20,023 bases of DNA, taken from an uncultured bacterium. Lineage in GTDB: Bacteria > SAR324 > NAC60-12. Of the stretch, positions 9,317 to 17,281 are shown piece by piece; the stretch's first letter is position 1; every line of letters begins with the position of its first letter. The stretch lies in NCBI GenBank assembly GCA_964010765.1, contig CAXGMD010000065.1:1-20023 (forward strand), read 5' to 3'. The notes under the pieces are model-generated. The model ran no database searches. It was not told where the DNA came from and saw only the letters and a program-made list of their open reading frames with translations. The position numbers and the translations under genes are program-made.

Positions 9317-10090
9317 CTAGAAGAGCGCTAGCCATAGCACGACGAAGAGTTCCAAGATTTGTTCGAGGGCTCCTAGGCAATCACCAGTGTAGCCTCCGAG
9401 TCGCTTGTTGAGATAGCGACGCATCAACAGTACGATCACGAAGCCTCCCACCAGAAAACTCAGTAAGAAAATACCTTCGACCAGCAAAGCTGCCAACACA
9501 ACAGAGGCCAAGCCTGCAACTAGCAGACGCCACGGAGAGTGAGGTGCGGCCAGTAGTCGCATCTTGCTGTGTTCATCGCGCTGTACGTAACTACTGATAT
9601 TCTGTAACAGCACGGCTCCAAAGCGGGAATAGCTGTGCATCAGCACCAGGGCTAGAGGAATCTGACTTGGCTCCAGCAACAAAAGTGCGTTGCCCTTCAG
9701 CAGAAAACTAGTGATCAGACCGAGTACACCGAAAGTGCCCAGATACGAATCTTTCATGATTCGCAGCACCTGATCCGTAGTCCAGCCTCCTCCCATCCCA
9801 TCACAGAAATCGGCGAAGCCATCCTCGTGAAAAGCCCCAGTGATCCAGATACCAAGAGCCAAGGTGGCCCAAATGGCCAAGCCAGTGCCCCACAAGCTTT
9901 GTAGACTAAGAAAGGCTAGCGCACAGATACCACCGATCACCCAGCCCACCCAGGGCAGATAGCTGGAAGCCCGTTGCATCTGAACAGTGGAATAGGCAAC
10001 GTGAGGGGTTGGTAGGCGGGTAAAGGACTTGACGGAGAGCCAGAACGCTTGCCATTCGCGATCCAGCAAGTCAGGGATATTCAGGGACAT
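9317..10090 (-). CDS. cobS: adenosylcobinamide-GDP ribazoletransferase (cobalamin synthase), about 257 aa
   Basis: Motifs FTRLP, TGAFHEDGFADFCDG, IMKDSYLGTFG and GGYTGDCLGA, with multiple TM helices. ATG 10090 overlaps the end of cobT. The track start at 10270 is inside cobT. Confidence 0.95.
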   Translation of the reverse strand: MSLNIPDLLDREWQAFWLSVKSFTRLPTPHVAYSTVQMQRASSYLPWVGWVIGGICALAFLSLQSLWGTGLAIWATLALGIWITGAFHEDGFADFCDGMGGGWTTDQVLRIMKDSYLGTFGVLGLITSFLLKGNALLLLEPSQIPLALVLMHSYSRFGAVLLQNISSYVQRDEHSKMRLLAAPHSPWRLLVAGLASVVLAALLVEGIFLLSFLVGGFVIVLLMRRYLNKRLGGYTGDCLGALEQILELFVVLWLALF

Positions 10091-11154
10091 GCCTGACTGA
10101 CTCCAGCAGATTCGAAGGAAGCCATTTCGTTGAGGAAGCGCACTGCAGACTCCAACAAGGGTAACGCAAGGGCCGCACCGGAACCTTCTCCGAGGGCCAG
10201 GTTCAAATCCAGTAGGGGGGTCGCGCCGATGGCATCCAGCAAATGGCGATGGCCCGGTTCTCGTGAACAATGGGCAAAAATACAGTAGTCAACCAGGTGT
10301 GGATAGCTCAGCAGGGCCGGCAAAAGGGCAGCTGAGACGATAAATCCATCCACTAGTATTGTGATCTGCAATTCTGCTGCCTGCAACGCAGCCCCACAGA
10401 GCATCGCTAATTCAAAGCCCCCAAAAGTAGCGAGAACCTCCCAGAGATTCTGAATATCCTGATGGAATTCAAGGCCTTGCTGCAAGAGACGTTGCTTGTG
10501 CGCTAGCCCTGATTCATCCAGACCCGTACCGCGCCCAAGGCAATCTTTCAGGGGTATATTGAGTAAGCGGCTGGTCAGCAGACTGGCGGAAGAGGTGTTG
10601 CCAATTCCCATTTCTCCGAGACCAATTAGGTTTCCTCCCTGCGCATGGTAATCCCTTATCAACTGAGCTCCCACCGAGATCGCTTGAGTACATTGGTTGG
10701 GTGTCATGGCCGCTTCTGTGAGTAGATTGCGCGTACCTTGAGCAATTTTTGCTGAGATGAGATTTGCATCAGCAGGCAACTCGCCGCAAACCCCAGCATC
10801 AATGATTTTCCAGTCCCAGCCGTTTTGTCGACAAAATACGTTGACCGCGGCTCCGCCAGCGAGGAAGTTCAAGACCATCTGGCGAGTGACTTCCTGTGGA
10901 TAGGCGCTGACTCCACTCTCGGCAATCCCATGATCTGCAGCGAAGAGAAACAGGGTAGGATTTTTGATTTGAGGGGTTGGGGTTTGCTGAATTTGACCAA
11001 GCTGTAGCGCCAATATCTCCAGTTGTCCCAGGGCCTTGAGTGGCTTGGTTTTCTGGTCAATTTTTAGTTGAAGGGCTTCCTGTTGTTCTGTGAAACGAGG
11101 TGAAATCTGAAAGGCTGTGCTAAGTGCGTGGAGATCTGTGGGAATTTCAGGCAA
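10081..11154 (-). CDS. cobT: nicotinate-nucleotide-dimethylbenzimidazole phosphoribosyltransferase
   Basis: Motifs KTKPLKALGQLE, FAADHGI, NFLAGGAA, GEMGIGNTS, GRGTG, GGFE, VDGF and LGEGSGA. Start is uncertain: TTG 11154 overlaps the upstream stop, and the ORF is open to 11202. Confidence 0.95.
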   Translation of the reverse strand: MPEIPTDLHALSTAFQISPRFTEQQEALQLKIDQKTKPLKALGQLEILALQLGQIQQTPTPQIKNPTLFLFAADHGIAESGVSAYPQEVTRQMVLNFLAGGAAVNVFCRQNGWDWKIIDAGVCGELPADANLISAKIAQGTRNLLTEAAMTPNQCTQAISVGAQLIRDYHAQGGNLIGLGEMGIGNTSSASLLTSRLLNIPLKDCLGRGTGLDESGLAHKQRLLQQGLEFHQDIQNLWEVLATFGGFELAMLCGAALQAAELQITILVDGFIVSAALLPALLSYPHLVDYCIFAHCSREPGHRHLLDAIGATPLLDLNLALGEGSGAALALPLLESAVRFLNEMASFESAGVSQACP

Positions 11155-11923
11155 AGCGTGGGGACCGTTTTTCGAGGAAAGCAGACAGTCCTTCTTGGCC
11201 ATCAGAATGCTCGACAGTGCGAACCAAACCCTGACGTTCGTGTTCCAGTTGGGTTTCGAGCGGGGTGTTCCAGGATTCGTTGAGTAGTTGTTTGACAGTT
11301 GCGAAGGCGTGGCTGGAGCGTTCAGCTAAACGAATTGCCCAACTCTGGGTTTCTGCTGTGAGCTGTTCTGGAGGCACAACTCGGTTGACCAATCCCCAGT
11401 TTAGGGCTTGTTCTGCGGAGATCCATTCATCCAATGCCGCAATCTCCAGGGCACGCCCAAGTCCAACCAAACGTGGAAGAAACCAAGTTCCTCCACCATC
11501 CAAACAGAGCCCCTGACTGGTGAAGGCTTGTTTCAGACGCGCTGTCTCAGCCATTAGTCGAAAGTCGCAGGCCAGTGCGAGAGAAAATCCACCTCCAGCT
11601 GCAGTTCCATTGATAACTGCCAGGATAGGTTTAGGGAAGCGACGGATTTCAGTGATGCAGAGGTGAACACGGGTGGCCAACTCATGAAAGGCCGTACTGG
11701 GACCCTGTGGATGTGAACCGACCCACTTCAGGTCCCCTCCTGCTGAAAACACAGATCCCTCTCCGGTGATGGCCACTACCTTGACAGATTCGTCCTGTCG
11801 GAGTTGAAACAGGTGTTCCAACAACTCTCCGGCCATCTCTCGTGTGAAGGCGTTGTAGGCCTCAGGTCGTTGGAGATGGAGCCAAGCCAGGGCATCCTGT
11901 TGTTCCAAATGTACCGGGCTCAT
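11147..11923 (-). CDS. enoyl-CoA hydratase/isomerase (crotonase superfamily, PaaG-like), 258 aa
   Basis: Motifs LQRPEAYNAF, FSAGGDL, PKPILAVINGTAAGGGFSLALACDFR, GLCLDGGGTWFLPRLVG and EGLSAFLEKRSPRF. ATG 11923 lies 2 nt after the upstream stop. Confidence 0.92.
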   Translation of the reverse strand: MSPVHLEQQDALAWLHLQRPEAYNAFTREMAGELLEHLFQLRQDESVKVVAITGEGSVFSAGGDLKWVGSHPQGPSTAFHELATRVHLCITEIRRFPKPILAVINGTAAGGGFSLALACDFRLMAETARLKQAFTSQGLCLDGGGTWFLPRLVGLGRALEIAALDEWISAEQALNWGLVNRVVPPEQLTAETQSWAIRLAERSSHAFATVKQLLNESWNTPLETQLEHERQGLVRTVEHSDGQEGLSAFLEKRSPRFA

Positions 11924-11925
11924 CG

Positions 11926-14900
11926 TCAATTCAGGTTAAGATGCTTCAGGGGTACGCTTTGAATTTTAAGCCCGTCATAGTTGATGTCATCGCTGGAAGA
12001 ATTAGAGAATTCAAGGGAGTAATCTTGGTCATTTGCTGTGGAACCATCAGCGAGTCCAATTAATGTAATGGTCTGGGGTTGGAACCAGTTGCTGGTAGTG
12101 AAGGTGAGTAAGCTACCTTGAGTGATGACAGCTTTGGTTGTATCTGTTGAAGAAGCACTGATGATCACATCAGCTTTGGGCTTACTTTTGAGTTGAATGG
12201 TAACCTTTGCATCCCCACCAGCTTCGTCAGTTTGCTCATCTAAAGCGTATACAATAAATCCAGCTTCTGTTGAGTCTAGGCTGATGAAGCGGACAATCCG
12301 CTCTGGGGTTTTATAATTAGGATCTGCATTTGGAAACGCTGTATCTGCAATGCCTATTACCACTTCAAATTGTTGATTACCATCAATTTGATAATCGTCT
12401 ATCCCAGTAACTCTAACAGTTTGGGCAGTTTGCCAAGTAGTATTATCAAAAATGAGTATTGTAGGAGATACGCGGCCTTCTGAGGAATCGCTTACACTCA
12501 AGGGCAAGAACACCTCTTTAACTGGTTGGCTTCTCAATTTAACCGTAAATTCTTGTTGAACTCCAGATTCGTTAACATATTCGTTCTCAGGCATCTCAAT
12601 TAGAAGATCTTGGAGTGCATCATCCTGGTAGTAAACAGGAATTTTATTTTGAAAATTAGAATTATTGACATCTGTAAATGAAAAGATATTGGAATAAACA
12701 GGATCGTCCGTGTCGAGTGTAATGTTCAAGTTGTCTGAGATCGAAACTATTGATTTATTTGTAACTGTAATTTCTTGAAATTCACTCCATCGCTCAGCAC
12801 TAAGGGTTAATGTGTTAGGAGAAGTAATAAAATTATTTGTAGATCCAAAATTCAATGAGACATCTTTCTCAGGCTCGGAAAGTAATCTTACCCCAAGTGT
12901 AGTATTATTCTGGAAAGTAGAGGTAGCGAGGAGGGTTTCGTCGGACATACCAAAATTTAATTCAATTCCAGCTTTGTCATCATCTTCGTTTTCAAGGCAA
13001 ACAGACACATTTTTTCCAAAGTAATCAGGAATATTGGTACTCAACACAGAGATTTGAATCTTGAATCGTTGGTTTCCATCATCAATCCAGTCTTGGCTGC
13101 CCAGTATATTGATATCTTGAAATGTAGTAGCATTAGATTCATTGAAAGTAATATCTTGAAAATTAATAATACGATTACTTCCATCGGTCAGATAGCCCTC
13201 ACTTTCATCCTCAGAAAATACTCTCAATTTGACAGTGCCCTCGATCGGTTGTGATAGTGCAATCTTGATTGTAGCTATGGGTGAATCAGTTTCTTTCAGA
13301 ATACTTACTGGTAGTGAAATATTGAAATCAGCTGTGTCGCCAGATATTTCTCCAGCGTTGTTACAGCTCCCAGTAGTTGCAGTGTTATCGAACTCATAGG
13401 TGTCAGAGGAAAGTGGTGAGGGTCGATAGTCGTCATCGAGGTTTACAAGATGGACATCTTGTGGGAGCAGATTATCATAGTTAGGATCAGCACTGGAGAC
13501 GTCATAGAATTGAATTCGATAAGCCTGGTTTCCATTTAAATTGTCATCTAGCCCAATCACTTTGATCTCTTCACCTAGGCTCCAGTTAGTAGAGTCCAGA
13601 GTGATTCCAGTACGATGAGGATTGCCAATTCCAGGTTTGTCAGACCGTAACTTTAGATATACTGGCGATTTCGGCTGATTTCTCAGTTTTAAACGGAAGG
13701 CATAGACACCACCATCATCACTAGTGAACCTCTCTGCTTCTTCTTTGAAGTAGACGAATTCGTAACCTGCAGCTGCACTGCTGTTATCACTTCTCAGGTT
13801 AATAAAAGTAGCGGCTTTGGTGTTGAATCCTCCTCCTGTAGCTTGCAAATTTACTTCTGCACTTAAATCTATTCCTGTCCTGAGTTTGAAGAACTGCTGA
13901 ACATTCCAATTGTTGCTATTAAAGTTAATTGCTGAAGTCTCGAAGACATCTTTGATGATTTGCGAAGTATCGTTTGCTAATTGGACAGTTACCGTGGAAC
14001 TTGGTTTGGCACGTAATTGAACAGGGAGGATGTATTTTCCTTGGCTAGCCATGTACTGGACTGAACCTAATAGGATTCCAGCGTAATCATTATCTGTGTT
14101 GGTTAGAGGAAATTCCCTTCTTATCTCATTGTAGTTTGTAGTCCCGATAGTCAGCTTTATTTGCTGGGATCCATCAATATCTGAATCATCTACACCTCTG
14201 ATACACAAAAATTGGGACTGGTTCCAGTTGCTAGAGTTGAAAGATAAAGGGGACTGCTGACAATTTCCAATGATCTGATTACTGTTTGTACAGCTTGTTC
14301 TATCATTTACAAAATCTGCTTCTTTATTAGGAGAGTTAGAGGTTATGCTAGGCGTTACTGTTACAGAATTAATAGGTTTTGTATTTAAACGGACAACCAA
14401 GTACTCACAATTTCCTGATTCAGAGAGTCCGAGATTACCTAGAGCCATTGTTAAACCTGGGCTGTCGCTATCTTGATTAGTAATAGTATTTGTTAGAAGA
14501 CTGGTAGAGTTGATACTTTCATAAATTGGATCACCGCTAAAAGTATATGTAAGATTGTAATTCTGTGTTCCATCAGCAGCACCATCCGGTTGTCCAGTAA
14601 CTTCTACAGTTTGAGTTGTGTTCCAGCTATCTTTGCTGAAAGTTAAAGTTCCTTGATTTGAAGAAGTTATTTTGCCTTCACTGATATCACTACTAACAAA
14701 TTTGACAGTTACATTTTCATCAGGTTTCATTTTTAGTCTAACGCCAAGTGAGACCTTATTTCCAGACTCACTAGTGGTCATTGAGTCTGGGTAATCAATG
14801 AAGAGCCCAGGAACATCGTTGTCTTGACGGGTGATAGTAACTTGCTGGGAAGGCTTGTTGAATGGTGGTGGGCCTGTAAATTCAATATCAAGAATGAAGT

Positions 14901-15705
14901 TATCATTCGAACTATAATCAACCTCTTCTTGTTTGGCTGTGATGACAAAACTTTGTGGAATTTGCCAATTTTCAGGTGTGAAAGTAAGTGATCTACTTGG
15001 TGGTGATATGCTGAGTAAAGCTTCTGCTATTTCTGGTGTGCCAGAGGTAAAATCAATTGAAACTTCTACATTTGATCTTGGGTTACTAGTCAGTTGAATA
15101 GGAAAAACAGCTTGTTCAAATCCAGGTTCATTAGGACTTAACTCAGTAACAGTCCCTTCTGTTGCAAACTGAACAATTCCATTGGGATCAGTTTTATCGT
15201 CATTGCGGAAAGTAAGATTTGCTGGTCCGCCAGTGGGATCTATCAGGTTGATGTCTGGGTCATCGTAAACTGGATCATCAGATAGAATTTTTAGGCTCAC
15301 AGAAACATATTGTGTACCATCAATCGGGCTTCGGTCAATACGGGTGTCATCATATTGTCCTTGAATTTTTAGTATTTGTGGGACATCCCAGTTAATAGGT
15401 GTGAAGAATAATTCCGCACTAGATTGAAACTGATTATTAACAACAAACTGAGCTTCAGTTGGATCACTTGAGGTAGCAATAACAGCAACATTTTCTTTGG
15501 GAGGATTGTCTAATTTGACTGTAATGTTTGCGGATCGACCGTTTTCATCAAGATCTGTGTTTGAAATAGTCACAGTCAGGCTCCCTTTTCCGTACTCTGG
15601 ATTAGGAGTGGTGCCTTGTGTACTCTCTGGAGCGCAGGCGCCCAAATGCAGCAAAAGTGGAATGCCGATTAACAAAACGAGGAAGTGCTTTCGCAGTTTC
15701 AACAT
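11926..15705 (-). CDS. large repetitive surface lipoprotein with about 10 Calx-beta/cadherin-like beta-sandwich repeats, about 1259 aa
   Basis: ATG 15705 gives MLKLRKHFLVLLIGIPLLLHLGAC (lipobox LGAC). About ten degenerate copies of LxFtxxNWxxxQxxxxxGxDD(xxDG), many preceded by VxLxxxPxxxV. Rich in Asp/Asn/Ser/Thr. Confidence 0.88.
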   Translation of the reverse strand: MLKLRKHFLVLLIGIPLLLHLGACAPESTQGTTPNPEYGKGSLTVTISNTDLDENGRSANITVKLDNPPKENVAVIATSSDPTEAQFVVNNQFQSSAELFFTPINWDVPQILKIQGQYDDTRIDRSPIDGTQYVSVSLKILSDDPVYDDPDINLIDPTGGPANLTFRNDDKTDPNGIVQFATEGTVTELSPNEPGFEQAVFPIQLTSNPRSNVEVSIDFTSGTPEIAEALLSISPPSRSLTFTPENWQIPQSFVITAKQEEVDYSSNDNFILDIEFTGPPPFNKPSQQVTITRQDNDVPGLFIDYPDSMTTSESGNKVSLGVRLKMKPDENVTVKFVSSDISEGKITSSNQGTLTFSKDSWNTTQTVEVTGQPDGAADGTQNYNLTYTFSGDPIYESINSTSLLTNTITNQDSDSPGLTMALGNLGLSESGNCEYLVVRLNTKPINSVTVTPSITSNSPNKEADFVNDRTSCTNSNQIIGNCQQSPLSFNSSNWNQSQFLCIRGVDDSDIDGSQQIKLTIGTTNYNEIRREFPLTNTDNDYAGILLGSVQYMASQGKYILPVQLRAKPSSTVTVQLANDTSQIIKDVFETSAINFNSNNWNVQQFFKLRTGIDLSAEVNLQATGGGFNTKAATFINLRSDNSSAAAGYEFVYFKEEAERFTSDDGGVYAFRLKLRNQPKSPVYLKLRSDKPGIGNPHRTGITLDSTNWSLGEEIKVIGLDDNLNGNQAYRIQFYDVSSADPNYDNLLPQDVHLVNLDDDYRPSPLSSDTYEFDNTATTGSCNNAGEISGDTADFNISLPVSILKETDSPIATIKIALSQPIEGTVKLRVFSEDESEGYLTDGSNRIINFQDITFNESNATTFQDINILGSQDWIDDGNQRFKIQISVLSTNIPDYFGKNVSVCLENEDDDKAGIELNFGMSDETLLATSTFQNNTTLGVRLLSEPEKDVSLNFGSTNNFITSPNTLTLSAERWSEFQEITVTNKSIVSISDNLNITLDTDDPVYSNIFSFTDVNNSNFQNKIPVYYQDDALQDLLIEMPENEYVNESGVQQEFTVKLRSQPVKEVFLPLSVSDSSEGRVSPTILIFDNTTWQTAQTVRVTGIDDYQIDGNQQFEVVIGIADTAFPNADPNYKTPERIVRFISLDSTEAGFIVYALDEQTDEAGGDAKVTIQLKSKPKADVIISASSTDTTKAVITQGSLLTFTTSNWFQPQTITLIGLADGSTANDQDYSLEFSNSSSDDINYDGLKIQSVPLKHLNLN

Positions 15706-15867
15706 GAGATCAGTCACTGAGAAAAATTGTTGATTAGTTGAGTTAAATGAGCGAGCTGGTTGGCAGTAGAGGTCACGTGGTATGGTATCCGCAATCTTGT
15801 CTGAATTCGCATGACCCCATGCAAAAAGCGAGACAAACCTTCGTGCCAAACCTAATGCCCTACTCCC

Positions 15868-16548
15868 ATGATCTACTACCACTCTCAAACTCCAGGTGAC
15901 CTGGAAGCCACGCTAGCCCATGGAGCATCACTGACCTGTGGCAAACTGCTGTTGATGCGCCATTCGGTAAGGCCACCTTTTCCCCCAGGAGTTTTTCATT
16001 TTCAGGTGGATCTGACCCCTGAGGGGGTTCAGCTGGCGGAGACTTTGGGGACACGATTGGGAACTCAGCTGATCTCATTGGACTCCAGCACGTCTAGTCG
16101 TTGCCTGCAGACGGCAGAAGCGATTGGTCGTGGTTCTGGTCAACCGGTACAAGTACAAGCCAATCCGAAGCTTGGGGACAAAGGGGTTTTTGTTCAAGAT
16201 TCAGATCGTAATCATCAGTACATGGTGGAGCAAGGTCCACTTGGATTGGTCAATGCGGGCTTGCGTGGGGACAGTGATTGTGGGCTGAATCCAGTACGAG
16301 CTGCGACGCAGGAACTGTTGCAGGATCTCTGGAAGGAAGGCCTGCCGGAAGGTACTTGTCGGGTGGCTATAACGCATGACACGATGTTATCGCTGATCCT
16401 AGGAGCGTTGAATAGTCGTCAAGCATTAGATGAGGAAGACTGGCCGAAAATGCTGGAAGGTACTCTGCTATGGGTGGAAGAAGACCGATTATGTTGGTGC
16501 TGGCGTGGAAAGCTATACAGCCAACCACGCCAGGAGTGGTTGGGTTAA
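15868..16548 (+). CDS. histidine phosphatase (phosphoglycerate mutase-like) family protein
   Basis: LLLMRHSVR (RHx catalytic motif), LTPEGVQLA, SSTSSRCLQTAEAI and AITHD (second His). Confidence 0.82.
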   Translation: MIYYHSQTPGDLEATLAHGASLTCGKLLLMRHSVRPPFPPGVFHFQVDLTPEGVQLAETLGTRLGTQLISLDSSTSSRCLQTAEAIGRGSGQPVQVQANPKLGDKGVFVQDSDRNHQYMVEQGPLGLVNAGLRGDSDCGLNPVRAATQELLQDLWKEGLPEGTCRVAITHDTMLSLILGALNSRQALDEEDWPKMLEGTLLWVEEDRLCWCWRGKLYSQPRQEWLG

Positions 16549-16549
16549 T

Positions 16550-16984
16550 TTACAACTGGCAACCTAAAGACTTGTAGTTCAATTGTCGCCAACTCTGGTC
16601 AGCAGGTCGATAACGTTGAATCTTGCGATTCCCATTCTGATCGCATTCCGTGAGGTAGATAAATTCTCGTAAAGCTGCGGCTCGTACCACGCGATAGTCC
16701 TCTCCGGTGGCACGTTCTGTCTCGATTTGCCAGGACTGAGTTTGTGGATCGAAGCTCTCCATACGAACCAGACCGACTTCGGAGTACAAGCGGAAGGGTT
16801 GATTCTGAACAGTGACGCTCAGCTCACAATTTGCTTGCTCCCATTCACATTGAGGGGATGGAGTTTGGCGTGCTACATCACGGGGGATGGCTAAGGATGA
16901 ACCCTCTTCTTGGAGGGGGAGAGGAGCGCAGGCGAGACATCCACTTCCTAGTAACCCCAGCGCGATGTATTTTAATTTCTTCAT
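16550..16984 (-). CDS. hypothetical lipoprotein, 144 aa
   Basis: MKKLKYIALGLLGSGCLAC signal peptide with lipobox-like Cys. Four further Cys in the mature part. Converges on the phosphatase gene with a 1-nt gap. Confidence 0.7.
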   Translation of the reverse strand: MKKLKYIALGLLGSGCLACAPLPLQEEGSSLAIPRDVARQTPSPQCEWEQANCELSVTVQNQPFRLYSEVGLVRMESFDPQTQSWQIETERATGEDYRVVRAAALREFIYLTECDQNGNRKIQRYRPADQSWRQLNYKSLGCQL

Positions 16985-17046
16985 AAAAATCCGAAAAATC
17001 TTGCAAACTAAGCTTGATTTGGGTTTTTCTGATGGCCCTACCTAAT

Positions 17047-17120
17047 GGGCCTCTAGCTCAATCGGTTAGAGCACCCGACTCATAATCGGTTGGTTCCCGG
17101 TTCAAGTCCGGGGAGGCCCA
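17047..17120 (+). tRNA. tRNA with CAT anticodon, most likely tRNA-Ile2 (lysidine); CCA not encoded
   Basis: Acceptor GGGCCTC/GAGGCCC, D stem GCTC/GAGC, anticodon arm CCCGA-CTCATAA-TCGGT, T arm CCCGG-TTCAAGT-CCGGG, discriminator A. C4:G69 and C5:G68 (TilS determinants) and CGACTCATAATCG match Ile2 tRNAs. It lacks the initiator features (C1 mismatch, three G:C pairs in the anticodon stem). Confidence 0.93.
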
Positions 17121-17281
17121 CTCTCACGATACTTCCCTGCCAGAAAGCATTTGCTGCAGAGCAACTGGTCAGATAATTGTCTGTATCTGTCAATCAAAAG
17201 ACTATTTGTACCAAAATTTTTATCTCACCACAATAAAGGTTCAAAGAAATTGTTGTGGTACAAAAAGAGAAGTAGGGAAGC

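Noticed and set aside
9094..9411. 105-aa + strand ORF between ppc and cobS
   Set aside because: TTG start, overlaps cobS antisense and has no recognisable features. Probably the ppc promoter region.
11926..15705. Repeats in the large gene as a DNA-level repeat array, CRISPR or diversity-generating element
   Set aside because: The repetition is visible only at the degenerate protein level. No identical DNA repeats, cas genes or reverse transcriptase were seen.
15834..15849. Sigma-54-like TTGGCACG on the minus strand upstream of the large lipoprotein
   Set aside because: The -24 box is good, but the -12 position reads TTTG instead of TTGC, and the spacing requirement is strict.
15706..15867. 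Possible cobalamin riboswitch upstream of the cob-containing run (a hairpin TTGTCT...AGACAA is present)
   Set aside because: No GGGAA or GCCACTG B12-box motifs were found on the coding strand.
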